Of a stretch of 64,000 nucleotides of DNA, positions 37,002 to 49,900 are shown piece by piece. Origin of the DNA: Leucoraja ocellata (taxonomy: Eukaryota); the NCBI GenBank assembly GCA_036785375.1, contig JAWMAR010000131.1, positions 620,001 through 684,000 on the forward strand. The letters are read 5' to 3'. Position 1 is the stretch's first letter. Every line of letters starts with the position of its first letter. Under the pieces are notes generated by a model. That model worked only from the letters and a program-made list of their open reading frames with translations, did no database searches and was not told the origin of the DNA. Made by a program: the position numbers and the translations under genes.

Positions 37002-37902
37002 CAGAGAGAAAATAAATATCAGTTTACCCATTTACAACACAACCAGCAGTGGCAGCCTGGGGAATTTTAAAAGCACAATTACCAATGCAATTTAAATAAT
37101 CATCTTATAAAATGGAAACAGCCACAGCTGAAAATATTCTGAAATTTGAAACACAAGACCAAGAATAGGTCATTTAACCCCTTGAGCCTGTCCTGCCACT
37201 AGATTATAAAATGGCCAATCTGTCTCTAACTTTATATTTGTCTTTGTTCCACATTACCCAATTTATTTTGCTAACCGATGGAATTAATGCAGAATTAACT
37301 GATCCAGCATCAGCTGCATTTTATGAAAGGGCGTTCCAAATTTCTACCACCACATGTGTTCAAATCTAATCGAATCCAATTCATTTGCATGATAAGTGAA
37401 AATTATCTTGTGAATATATCCTTTCTTGAATGAACGGATTGTTTTTTTTTTTAAAAACAAATCAAAATCACGTTGAATAAAAGGTGATGATGAAACGGGT
37501 TTAGATATGCTGCTTGTCACAATTTAATAAATCCTTATTTTCTAAACGAAACTGGCGTTTCAACTCTCACGAAATGTTTATTTTTCACAAAATAAAGTAC
37601 ATCGTTCAAACAATGTTAAAAATCAAACTTTAAAAAAATCAAATCAGAACCGCCAACTGCTTCAAGACAATGCACCATTTGTCTGAAAACAGTACAAGTT
37701 TCCTCAGCAATCTCACTTCTACATGGATGGATCCCAGGAATAACACCAATTTCAAATCACATTTGGAACTCCGATGAAATAAACAAAAATGTTAACTCCT
37801 ACCAGTTTTTTTTTTTTAGTTTTTTTTATTATAAACATGACAGATCAGGAAGTAACAACAAAATTCTGGTATGAATCCCTCAACATGACACAAGTCAACA
37901 TT

Positions 37903-37992
37903 CTGAAGAAGGATTTCAGCCAGAAACATTGCCCATTTCCTTCGCTCCATAGATGCTGCCTCACCCGCTGAGTTTCTCCAGCATTTTTATCT
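37903..37992 (+). mobile_element. Penelope-like arm with 13-bp TSD, starting exactly at CTGAAGA
   Basis: acaagtcaacatt at 37890-37902 and 37993-38005. Confidence 0.8.
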
Positions 37993-38844
37993 ACAAGTCA
38001 ACATTTAATTTCTTTATTTCCTCAATGGATTTTGTGTTCCTTACTGGACAGAATTTTTTATTAACTTCATGAAAGAAAGATTTTTTGTTCTGCAAGAGAA
38101 AATACCTGCATTGTTTTGTACATTTCTTTAAACAAATGATCAATATAAAAGAATAGTTGTGTTATTTCTAAGCAACCTTTATATCTTCAGAGTTCTATAT
38201 GGGCAAACGTGTACTGCATGGTGCTTATGCCATTGATTGTACAAACACAGGAAAAATACTGCCAGATGAGCCATACACAAGTTTCTTAAGTTTGAAACAT
38301 TAAAAGCCTCAAGAGTGTTGAACAAAAGCTAGGCTTTTGCCCAAAAGCAGCTCCAGCGTCAGACTTCACAGCTGGAGTGAAGTTTAAAAAAAAGTCACAT
38401 CACATCGTTATGTTTACAATGGGAGCACATTCGAGACTGGACTCAGACCCGTCATTTGTGGATTGAAACAGAAGCTATGGGGAAGGTAAACTTTTTTTTG
38501 AGAGAAGCTTTTGGTATGACCCGATAGTAAGATGGCTCCACAGGCAGACAAAACAACTAAGAGAACACAGAAAAGACAGGTTCGTCATCTTAGATCCACA
38601 ACACAACTCAAGCTAGGAATTCTTGAGAGACTTGCTAGATCCAAAACTGAGGCATTGAGAGAGAAGTGTCGGCGGCAGAGGTCATTGTGAAATTGGAAGG
38701 GGACAAAAATTGGACCAAAAGTTACATTGCAAGAAGGAATGCAAATAAAATAAAAACTTTGCTGCAGTGCAGTGAGAAAGGATCTGGAACTCATACTAGG
38801 GGGAGGTGGGAACAATAGAATCAGGAAATCAAATAAGAATAGTA

Positions 38845-39500
38845 GATATACTGTAAATGACAGGATGCTAAGGAATGTTGATAAACAGGGCTAGAGTTCA
38901 AGTCCATATTTCTAAGAAAACGGTTGATGGTGAAGGCGGCATATGGCATAAGTTGGGAAAACATGTTGCACGTTTAGAAGATATGCATTTAGGAGATTTA
39001 TTGTAATTCCAGTCACCACAATAGAAAGGACATGTTACATTGACAAAGTGTAGAGGAGATTCACCAGAATGTGCAAATAAGACATCTTTAGTTACGAGGA
39101 TTTAATGGATAGACTGGATTTAGTTTCTTTGGTGTATAGGAGTGATCTGAGAGGTATACGCATTGAGTAGATGTCAGAATTGGGCAGATAAGTCAGAAAC
39201 TCTTCCCAACCCCCTTCAAGTGATATGGATTTCAAAAACAAATGGCCACAGGTTTAAGGTGAGGTAAAGGACGTTAAGAGGATTTGTGGGGAAATGTACT
39301 TTATAAAAAAGTTATTGATAACTGGGACACGAGGTGGTGGAGGAATCGGATAGGTTTCAAAAACATTTAGAGAGGAACTTAAAGCAAAGCATAGAAAGAT
39401 GCAGATCGAATGCAAGCAAATGGAATGAGTGTAGATGGATGGACCAAACAGCCTGCATGGACATAGTGGGGAAGGCAGCCCACGTCTGTGCACTACTCTG
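38845..39500 (+). mobile_element. Old CR1 LINE 3' fragment
   Basis: Decayed 'aggagattcaccagaatg', 'ggccacaggtttaaggtgaggt', 'ggacatagtggggaaggc' of CR1 type. Confidence 0.6.
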
Positions 39501-39509
39501 CATTCCAGG

Positions 39510-39720
39510 GGAGACTGCAGACACTGGTTTACAATTAAAAAGACACTGAGTGCTGGAGTAACTCAGTAGGTCCGGTAGCAGCACTGGTAATATGGATAGG
39601 TGACATTTCAGTTTGCGGCTCCTCTTCAGGCCGAGGAAGGGTCCCGACCCAAAACATCACCTATCCATGTCCTCTAGAGGTGCTGCCTGACCCACCGAGT
39701 TACTCAAGCACTGTTGTGTC
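39510..39720. mobile_element. Diverged Penelope-like fold-back element
   Basis: gtgctggagtaactcag...ggataggtgacatttc and gaagggtcccgacccaaaacatcacctatcc...gagttactcaagcac. Confidence 0.65.
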
Positions 39721-39882
39721 TTGACTCTAGGAATTGGATAATGTTTACTAGATCAGGAGCAACGGGACTGAAAAGACCAAGGTACCAGAGTGACAGGACA
39801 GACTTAATGGGCCAAATGGCCTTTTCAGGCATTTCTTTACTGCCTCGTGTCAAAGTGTCAATATGGAAAAGTGTTCCTGAGG

Positions 39883-40172
39883 TGGGCTAGCACAGTGGCA
39901 CAGCGGAAGAGTTCCTGTCTTCGGGTTCGATCCAGACTACGAAGGGGTGGGGGGGCGCTGTCCGTTTGGAGTTTGTATGTTCTCCCTGTGGCCACATAGG
40001 CTTTCGCTGAGTGCTCTATTTTCCGCCCACATTGCAAAGACGTGTAGTTTTGTAAATACATTTGCTTCTGTAAATCGCCCCTAGTGTGTAGGATGCAAAA
40101 CTGGGGTAACATGTACGAGTGATCATTGGTCGGTGCAGAGCCCGTTTCCATGCTGTATCTCTAAACTAAATG
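39883..40172 (+). mobile_element. V-SINE
   Basis: gcacagtggcacagcgg head, gggttcgatcc, tggagtttgtatgttctccctgtg, tail tgtatctctaaactaaa. Confidence 0.8.
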
Positions 40173-43100
40173 TAAACAATGAGAGAGGATTTGTGTTGAA
40201 ACCTTACTTTAATTAAAGTGCCAAGTGTTTAGTAGAGGATAATTGAAAGTCATTTCTAAATACGCAGTACGGAGAATCAAAACATTACTTTGTTCTATTG
40301 ACATGTAACATATGTTAGTTCTTCATAACTGATAGTAACATAGGGAGTAGCATATCTTGGAGGGCATTGATGCATGTTTATTTTTCATGTTACCATACAG
40401 ATTTGAAATAATGCCAAAAAATCCAATCCCAAGGGTTTAGTGAGCATCTTATTTCATCTGAAGAATGCAATTAACTTACAAGTTCAAATTGGAAAAAAAA
40501 CTGCTTTTATATTGACTCAATGTTAATGTATATTATGACAGACCAAATACCTGCGGAACTGCTCTCAAGTTATGCCGTTAATCCAGTTGTCCATTCTCTC
40601 AGGTCTATCAAAAGAAATGTGCATAAACACCAAGGTGCCACATTGATGACATCACCTTGGGAACCTGAATTACGACAGTCTCAATACAAAATCAACTAAA
40701 ACAGAGTGTAATTATTAGGAGACAGGGCTACCACCCACACCCAGCTCAAAAACATTTCACTGCTATCTTCAAATTGGTCAAGTGTTGAACAGACTGCGAC
40801 TTCAGGTAATGAAATAAGCAAAACAGAATGAACAGCTGGAAAGGTTTTATAATTCACCAATGCATGGTAAATCCCTGCACTCCACCAAAGATTATTGCAA
40901 TCTATAATTTTATATATTAACCACAAGGCAGTTCCGTTTTTATACATCTAAGAACACAGTACTACGCAAAATGTAGCTCCCTAAGAAAGTTTGGTTTGTT
41001 TTAGATTGAACAGAACATAATCCTATTGCTTTTTAGGGAAAACAAGACTGCAATGATGGTACCCAAAAGCTAGTAAAGGAAATTAAAAAAAATGTTTTTC
41101 TGATGTACCGTGTTACTATTAAAGTGTGAAAAAATGACCAAATAACCTGGGATGCAAATATGCCAAGAATTTTTTTTTCCCACAAGACTTTTTAAAACAA
41201 GGTCTAGAAAGAAATGTATAACCCAAATTATATAATATGCAAAGTGATATACAAATTACACCAATGGACCCAAAACTATTTTATGTAAATTAAAAGTTGC
41301 ATCAGTACTTATTCATCTCAAACCCTTTAATTCATTTTATGAGCACTATTTCACACACTAGGCACAAGTTTGAACATCTTTTACCAAATGAACGCTGGAA
41401 TGGACTGCATGCAAACAATACTGTTTCTGCACCCACATCATTTACAAAAATAGGAGTAGCTTACAACTCAAAGCCAGCCATGCCTCCAGTGCTCCTATGT
41501 CGTTGAAGGAAGTCCCTACACACACTGTAATGGCTGATTAAACATTACAGTTGCTGTCAGTATTTCAGGCTTGCGCAATCAGGGGTTTGCTCAAGAGATA
41601 TAGAACAGAGTATTTGTTAGGTAGGTATCTGAAAATGCTAAAATAAAATCTGACGAAAGATTACAATTTGAATAAATCCAGATCAATTTTTAAAGGTATT
41701 GAGGAACAGGCAGAGTTATGCAACAGTTAATAGCTAATCTGACCATTAGTACATAGCCTTCAGAAGGAAGGTTCTATCACCTATCTACTATTTAAAGTAA
41801 AACCTAAAGTATCACCCTAAATTTCTCTTACTAAAAGCTATTATTATCTTTCTAAAATTATGCTACTTTAAAACTGAGCTTTTAAGCATAAAAATTGAAT
41901 TGTGAATTATCATTAATATTTAATACCATTGCCCCCCAACTGTTCACAATCTTTTTAACTACTTAAGTATCAGTATTCAAAGGTAACTGGCCAATATTGT
42001 GAAGAATTCAAGGTAATTATTTCACAAATGAAGTACCCATCACACCTCCAATAAGAACACTTGAAATTACCAATCCAATTTCAACAAATTCATATTCCCC
42101 CCCCATCTTAATTTTCTGGGCCTTCCAAACATAGATTGCACAAAAACTGCAAAACACTGAATCAATGTTGATGGTTCAATAGCAGGAAACTGTCTTCAAT
42201 TTGCTTTCCCTGGCTCTTTGTCCTGCATTCTTTTCTTACAACTCATTTATCACTTATTTCTGAAGTGTTTGATTACTCAACTAGGGGTTAAGTTGGTTTT
42301 TCATCTTCACACACTCTGATAACAGCATTACAACTAGGCAAGTGTTACACAGCAAGGGGATGAAGAATGAAATGAAAAAAATACCCAAGGCTGCCAATCC
42401 TCAACATTATGTTATTTAAGCTTCTGGAACCTCTCTCTCCAATTCAAACCAGGATTCACCACATGTTGCTGAAAAGTCACATTCAAATGTGGGAACTCTC
42501 ATGTTCGCCCTTCTTAGAGCAGGCAAATTACTCTGTTCCATCATGGCCAGGCTTTCATATTTAAGTGGGGGGTGGGGGGGTGGAAATCATGGATACAATT
42601 ATAGAAGTAAATAACTTTTAGCCAATGGAATACAGGGAAGCGTAGTGGGCACTAAAACAAAACTCCTGCTTTAATGTGGGCGGAAAGGGTAAAAATAAAT
42701 TGGGAAGTGTGATTTAGAGTCCCAGTTATAATCAACTAATCACGAGTTTGTATAATTCAGTACATGCAGTGCATTCAACGAGAGACACCAGGGATTAAAT
42801 TTATGCTTGAGCATTTCAATAGAGATAAATATAACTGGAAGGCACCAACAGGGAACTGTAAAGCGAGAATGAAGTAAAAAAACACTTTGAAAAAGTGAGA
42901 GAAATTAAATTATTAGTATATTATCCATCGGGATTTATAATATTAACTTTTGTGCCAAGTGAATAAGAATTCACAATTATCTGTACACTTAGGTTCTGAA
43001 TGCCAAATTGAGAGTCTGAACTAGCTGTTAAACCCAGAGATGAGAATGTTAATTTCATTTTGATTCCAAAGTTTGAACATAAAAGGAGTTATAAAATGAT

Positions 43101-44032
43101 AGAGACCTTCCTAAAAACACATTCATTCTCAAAGTAATTGTTGTTCTTCCTATTGTCTGAATTTTATGAATAAAAAATTCAAATAAATCTCAATTTGACT
43201 AATCAAGGTTTTTACAAGCCTTCATCTTGCCTCAACTCATGAAGCTTTGCCCATTGATATCATGAGCACCAGGTAATCTTTTTTCACTTTGGAGCAATTA
43301 AAATTGCCCAATCTATAGTAGACACTCCTATGGCAAGTACAACAACCAAACAAGAAACTCATGGGAGTGGTTAGTAACATTCCTCAGCCGAGTTTAAATA
43401 CTACGTGATAAACTGTTAAGCACAAATATCTCTAGATGGAGGATCGACTAGTTTATGCACACAAACGCCAATATTTCAAAAATACCACATGTTTTGTTTG
43501 GTCTTGAAACTAGAAGCCATAAGGACTAACTGACCAAAACCTAAACAAAGCAGAACTGACTTTTAACAACAGCTGTGTTTTAGCAGATGTGCAGCATGCA
43601 TCTCCAGCTTCCTCGTATTCCACATTTCAAGGAAAGGGCGATGCATTCTCAAATCACTTCTGCTGTAATGCTTTGTAACAATAAACTGGGAGTGCTGCGA
43701 TATGCTGGAAATGCATAAACACAGCATATTCTTCCTGCTGACTGTGCTAACACTTGAGGTCACAAACCCCCCCCCCCAAACTTTACAATCACAAATCACT
43801 GGCTTAAACAACGTTCAAAAGATGGCAGGCTGTGGATTAAAGCCAAAAACAGCAGCAGAGCCTCAAAGTTGAACATACATTTATAGAAAAAGAAATGTTA
43901 GTAAAAATCGATATTGTTATGGAACGAATGTCACATCACTAATCTTACTGGTTTTGCTCATCTTCACATTACATAACAGTACAAACAGATCTAAGTTCAT
44001 GAGTTAGTTTTTAAACTGGGGAAAATATGATT

Positions 44033-44140
44033 GTTGGTACCTTCCTTCAGATAAAACATGAAACCAAGGCCATATTTGCAATCTCAGGTGAATGCAAAAT
44101 ATCCCTTGCCACCATTTTTAAGAGGCCCAACCCAGCCAAT
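44033..44140 (+). mobile_element. DeuSINE (SacSINE1/AmnSINE1-like) Deu-domain remnant
   Basis: ggtaccttccttcagataaaacatgaaaccaaggccatatttgcaatctcaggtgaatgcaaaatatcccttgccaccatttt resembles the Deu-domain consensus (GGTGCCGTCTTTCGGATGAGACGTTAAACCGAGGCC...CTCAGGTGGACGTAAAAGATCCCATGGCACTATTT), recalled from memory. Confidence 0.55.
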
Positions 44141-45129
44141 ACTTGATCAATTGCACAAACATAGACTGGTCTTTGACATACAGGTATGTGTGGGGTTCTG
44201 GAGGTACCCCTACATCACCATAAGTGTATCCTGATTGCCTCAAATCACTTCGGGACTGCTAGGTTGCAACATGTACTATACAAATCCAATTTGTCTTTTC
44301 TTTCCTGATGTGTAGACTTGCAAACGAGACTATCATCCAGAACCAAGTTTTAAAAAGTCAAAAGTCAGACGACTGCTGATTAAGCATCTGCTTGCCGTGT
44401 ACCAGATTTGCACAACACTTCAATTACTTGGTCTGCAGGTGAGACGACAAATAAATAAATGTATCACTTCATACATCTCAAGCGCACTTCCTTGCAAGTT
44501 AAGGGTGGTCCCAATGCAGGTAATTAGGGTAGGCTACAAACAGCTGACTAGATTCACTGAACACAAAGTATATGTGAATTGCTTTTGACTTTCGATAACA
44601 GACCATTTCAAATACTCTACCTTTAGACTGCCACCGATACTCACAAATAGATTTAAGTTAATACATCAATGACATTCTCTAAATAAACACCTTTTAATTT
44701 AGAAACTGGACTATTTGCACGTGATTTGCTATACCTTCCTCTGATACATGCTTGCAATCAATATTTGCAACCTTGATATACATATGAACCATAACACTAT
44801 CTACAGAAGACAACAGAACACTATTCCAAAAATCTATAGTCAAATAAAGAAACAGAAACTTAGCAACGTTTTTGATTTTTATCATCTCTTCCCAATCAGG
44901 TGTTACAACATATCTTTTCTTGTCTGCTTTTTTCATCCAGAAGGCTTTTCAGCAAATAAGAGCTTCCATTAGCACAGGGGAAACCATCTCTCCTGGCCCT
45001 TTTAGCTATTCTCTAAACAGTTGGATTGTTTCTCTAACACTGTAGTAAAATATTGAAAATCCAATGCCCACAGCAAACTCTTTTAGGACACTAATCCATT
45101 CCCCTTGCCTGCAACTGTGCACTGCCCAA

Positions 45130-45720
45130 TTCAATTCTGCAAACTTGATGTCATTTTTAACCCGAGATAAGCTTTGAATCACACGTCCATGCCATGATCA
45201 TCCCTTACTTCCATCTTTGTAAAACTGCTCAGCCACTTTCTGCCTCTGTTCTGTTGATGATAGGCTCACCTTTGCCCTTGTTACCCCTGTAGCCCTCCTA
45301 ACCACCCCTCTTCACTCCACCTCTGAAATAAAATAATCTGCTTCCTGTATACTAACCCGTGCCCAATCGTGTTCATTCTGAGCAGTGATCTGTACCAAGT
45401 CCTGATTAAAATTTTCAGAATAGATTCCTAACCGCTCCACGATATTATACTTCCCGCTGCCTTAATCTCCACATTCCTATAATTCCAGCCTCATGATAAT
45501 GCCCAAAGTAAACTGTTCCAACATTATCAGCCATGCCTCGAGCTGACAAAACTATGAACTTTAATTCCTTCCTTAAGCATTTTCACGTCTTGAAACTTAC
45601 TTCCCCAGCCATTTTGTCATGAACCGCACCATATGGCTCAGTATCAAGTTTGATTTGAAAACATGCCTGGGAGGTAACTTAGGATGTGTTGTGCACCAAA
45701 AGCTGAATCTGCCACCACCT
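45130..45720 (+). mobile_element. Ancient L2-like LINE 3' remnant
   Basis: 'aaaataatctgcttcctgtatactaacccgtgcccaatcgtgttca' resembles the L2 ORF2 QN.AA..L.R motif region; heavily decayed. Confidence 0.45.
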
Positions 45721-46721
45721 GTAATAGATAACATGCACATCAATCTAATATGGTGCTCAAGGATATAAGCCAGGTGTGATACAAGTTCAGTTATGAATAC
45801 ATGCGAATAAATGGTAAGGGAGCACCTCTACTGATTTCAAATTCCCCCTAGTTTTGAGAAAGGTTACAAAGATGCAAGAGATAGTTCAAAAATCTCAGTG
45901 TGCAGATGCTAATAAAAAAATCATTAAAATGGAAGATAGGCAGTGAAGTACCACTTAGAAAAAATCAGAAAGAGCTGCAGGCAAAATGAAAATGGATGCT
46001 AGAGTGAAGGAAAACTAAAAGTACAATTTGGCTCTGTTATTCCAGATACGTGCAACATTTTAAAAATAAATAATTGTTACACCAACAAAAAACAAATGGT
46101 GAAATACATCACCAGTGGTGGTCATGAGAAGACATGGGGTTTGTGCTTTAAATGATCGCTTCAAATGTTCTAAACTTTGAACTGTATCTTCATTTAATAT
46201 CCTACCAAGTTAAACTTAGTTCCCATACACCCCAATGGATATGCAGCCACCCATTATTTCAATTTGCACATTAAATTCAAGATACAAACCCTGCCTTCCT
46301 TTTCATCAACTTGCCCAATTTTCTCAGCTCTCACAGGACCTACACAAAGGGCAATGGGAAATTGTCAATAAGGCTAATCGCCGTCTGGCTGCTTGGCATA
46401 GCACAGGCAAAACCCCTATGTTGCAGGGGATGGGAGGAGGCCACATTTTCGAAAAACGTCCATATCGTGATGAACTGTAATGTGAGACCAGATCATCTGC
46501 GCATGCCGGAAGATGTCGGAGTTGAATGCAAAAATAAATTGTGTTGATTTGTTTACTTTCTCCCAACCACAAATTCTGAAAGAATTAATTATGTTCCACA
46601 CCACACATTTTTGGGCAGTGATTTCTGAATTCTGCAAGAGCAAATTTCCATAGCCCAGAAGAATCTAAAACTCGATGGTCACCTGTATTTGATGGTTAGA
46701 ATTGTCAGACAACTATCCAAT

Positions 46722-46910
46722 CAAAGTATCAAAGCATCCTTTATTGTCATTCAGACCTTTCGATCTGAACGAAATTCCGTTGCCTTGCAGTCATACATAT
46801 AATAAAAATAACAAAAACACCCAATAAACACAAATTTAACATCCACCACAGTGAGTTCACCAGGCACCTCCTCATTGTGATGGAAGGCAAAAAAAAAGTC
46901 TTAAAGTCTT
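46722..46910 (-). mobile_element. LINE 3' UTR fragment (Rex-type tail)
   Basis: (atcaaag)-like tail followed by tttattgtcatt...gaacgaaattccgttgccttgcag, the same tail architecture as the other Rex copies. Confidence 0.5.
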
Positions 46911-49900
46911 ATAGGGAGTATCAGCTAAATTCAAACCCAAATTCCACCGACACCACTTTCAGATCAGGAGTAAAACCTGCCCAATTTCCTTCCCCCATTG
47001 TTCTTATCCAACAGTTTATGTTTGCCAATTTCAAATTAGTGTGTTTTTGCTGCAGAAGTGTTTTTGCTGGTCACAAAACTGAAATCAAACCTAGAGATTC
47101 TCTGGGTGTGAACTGACCATACCACAAGCTGCATCATATGCACCCACATAGTTTCCTCCCTATCCATTATTAGAGCCATGTACTCATTGGAGTTTTAAAT
47201 TTACATTGCTCAGCTTCATCTTCAATCTGCTGATAGACATCGTCTTGGTGTGTACAAGCACAACGCCTGTCAAAGATACTTTTTAAACCTGGTTCAAAAA
47301 GAAGAAAATCCATACTCCATACAGATTCAAGCTTCATGCCATGCGATACTTTTTCCCCATGCCCCAAATCATTAGAAATTCAATGTTCCTGTACATAAAT
47401 GGTCATATCAAAATGATTTTACACAGAATTGGGCAAGATTATAACTACAAAATGTAATTGAGTTCTGCACAGAATTTAATGTCTTCTTTACACTGATGCC
47501 AAATAAAAATAAATATTTATGGCTTTATGTTCTTTGTTCAAAAAAAAACATGCAGATATTTAATCACTTTATCAAAAAGTGTAATAAATACTATTATGAC
47601 CATATCTGCATCAATAATCAGTAGCACTCTTGTTATACCAAGTAATAAATCCCCAGGACTACTAACTGTTTACTCCCAACTCAGTATCAAGAAATTAAAT
47701 GGAACAGTAAAGCTCATGAACACAATACATTATACTGGATCATATTCCACTTAAACTCACAGGGACAACTGAACAGCAAATATACTCCATGCCCAAACAG
47801 TAAGCACCTAAAATGGCTCCTAGACGGGTGGGATGGAAAGAAATCATACTGTCTAGTTAATAGTTTAACCACATTCTATTTGCATTACATCAGGTCCAGC
47901 TGTTATATTCCAACCAACACATTATAAATGTAAAGTCAGCCTTCCAAATTGATAAGAGCCTGATCAGAAGAAATACAGCAGGTTTCAATTGCCCATGAAT
48001 CAGTAAACTTTATATTTGAATCATGTCTTCTATGTAACCAATACACTACAGCATTTCAATGCTAATACAGCATTCACACAATGCTCCGAGATGGAAGCTA
48101 GCAGACCTCACCAAGTAGCTAGTTTAGATACCGTCTGATAGCTTATTATGAGATTCGACAAACTAGCTATCCCCTTAATGACAAACTCTTCACTAATTCA
48201 TTTTCTTCCTGTCAGCTTTTGAGAGGATGGAAGGGGCTTCTGAGCATTTTTGCTTCCCAAGTGCCAAGCTTAAAGTGCAATTACACCTTTAAGTGGCAAA
48301 GAGAAAAAAAAATAATTCAACCCATGCCATGTTTCAGATTTGCAAAAATGGAAGTAGCTACTTAAGGTAGAAAAAACTGCTTTTAATATTTAGGTTAGGA
48401 TTTCAACAAATTTTACTTACTCATTTACTGGATAAAATCTCAATCTGTGATTCTGTTGACATTCAGTTTGGTGTGTATAATAAAGACATTTCAATGTTGG
48501 TGTGGATTGCAATTAACAAAATACAGTAGATGAACTCGAACTTTGAAGATTACTATTCAGTATAATAATTAAGATTCAACAAAATTAACTTTTAAATTAA
48601 AATGTCTGCATTTTAAAAATGATTTGTTACTTTTAAAAAGACCACATATTCGATGTCACTGAATTTCCTTCTATTTAACATCACCAAATCTCCCAACCAC
48701 AGACCCCCTCATCAAAAATTCATGAGGAAATTAGTAACAAGGAAATCTTGCATTCTATTCACAATGTGTCATCCTTAACTAATTTCTCAGCTGCTATGCC
48801 AATACATTCAAAATTGTATCCCTGGATGAATATGGAAGGAATCAGTCAAAATTACAACTACAGGTTACAATCTAGCTGTTTGTTTTGGCACTTTATATGG
48901 GTGGTGGACAGGAAATGGTCAGGACTGACTGAATGAGCAAATAGTATGACAAAAAGAATGATTATTAAAGAGAATACTGTGAATGGCGTTTACAGAATCT
49001 TACCCAAATTGAGTATGGACTAAATATTTTCAGGATGGGGTTAGAGAAAGAAGTCCAAGAGAATTTGATAAACAAAAAATAATAATTTGTTGCGACTTAC
49101 CAGTACTTAAAACTGTAAAAATAAGAACATCAAAGTTGGAAGACTTACAAAATCCCTCAGGAATATTTGGATGTATTTTCATAAATATAATAGCGAATCC
49201 AAATAATTATTTAATTTTCAAGGAAACATGCCCAAGTAAAACAGTATTACCAAAGCAATCACTGCCTCCAAAGTATCACTTTAACTTAAGCTACAAGAAA
49301 AAGAATAATGGATGTTGCATTCTTTTTAAGTTCTTCCCAGATTCCAATTAAAGGTTATAAGAGAATGCAACCCAGTATAGCAAAAAAAAAGAGCATTATA
49401 GTAGAAAATATCTGATGAAAAGATCAAAAGGACAGGCAACAGAAGAGGAAGTAGGTATCAAGGAATCAAGGGAAGTATCAGTCTGGTTTATTTATGACAT
49501 AAACAGATCTGAGATGCTGCAAAATAGGTATTTAAATATTGTAGCTACTGAGAGTTCAGTGGCAATTAATGCTGATTTGTTTTAAGAATATTTCCTGACA
49601 GCACTGTACTTGTTGCCACTGTGGTTACATCTGCATTTCACTGCTTATATCTCAACAACTGAAAAAAAGTGCTGGCACTCAGCAAAAACACACAAAAATA
49701 TTTGGAGTAGTATCGTGTGCAAAGTGCTTCCTCATACTCTTACAATAACTGCCATATCGAAAAAGACAACTTAAAGATTACTATAAATGTAATCACAAAT
49801 GGTTTATTAGCAGGCCCCATTCTATTAACATCTAAATGCCAGCTCTTGAAAGCCTCAAATGAAGCTTCCTCGAGCTGATAAGTGATCAAGAGGATTGCAT

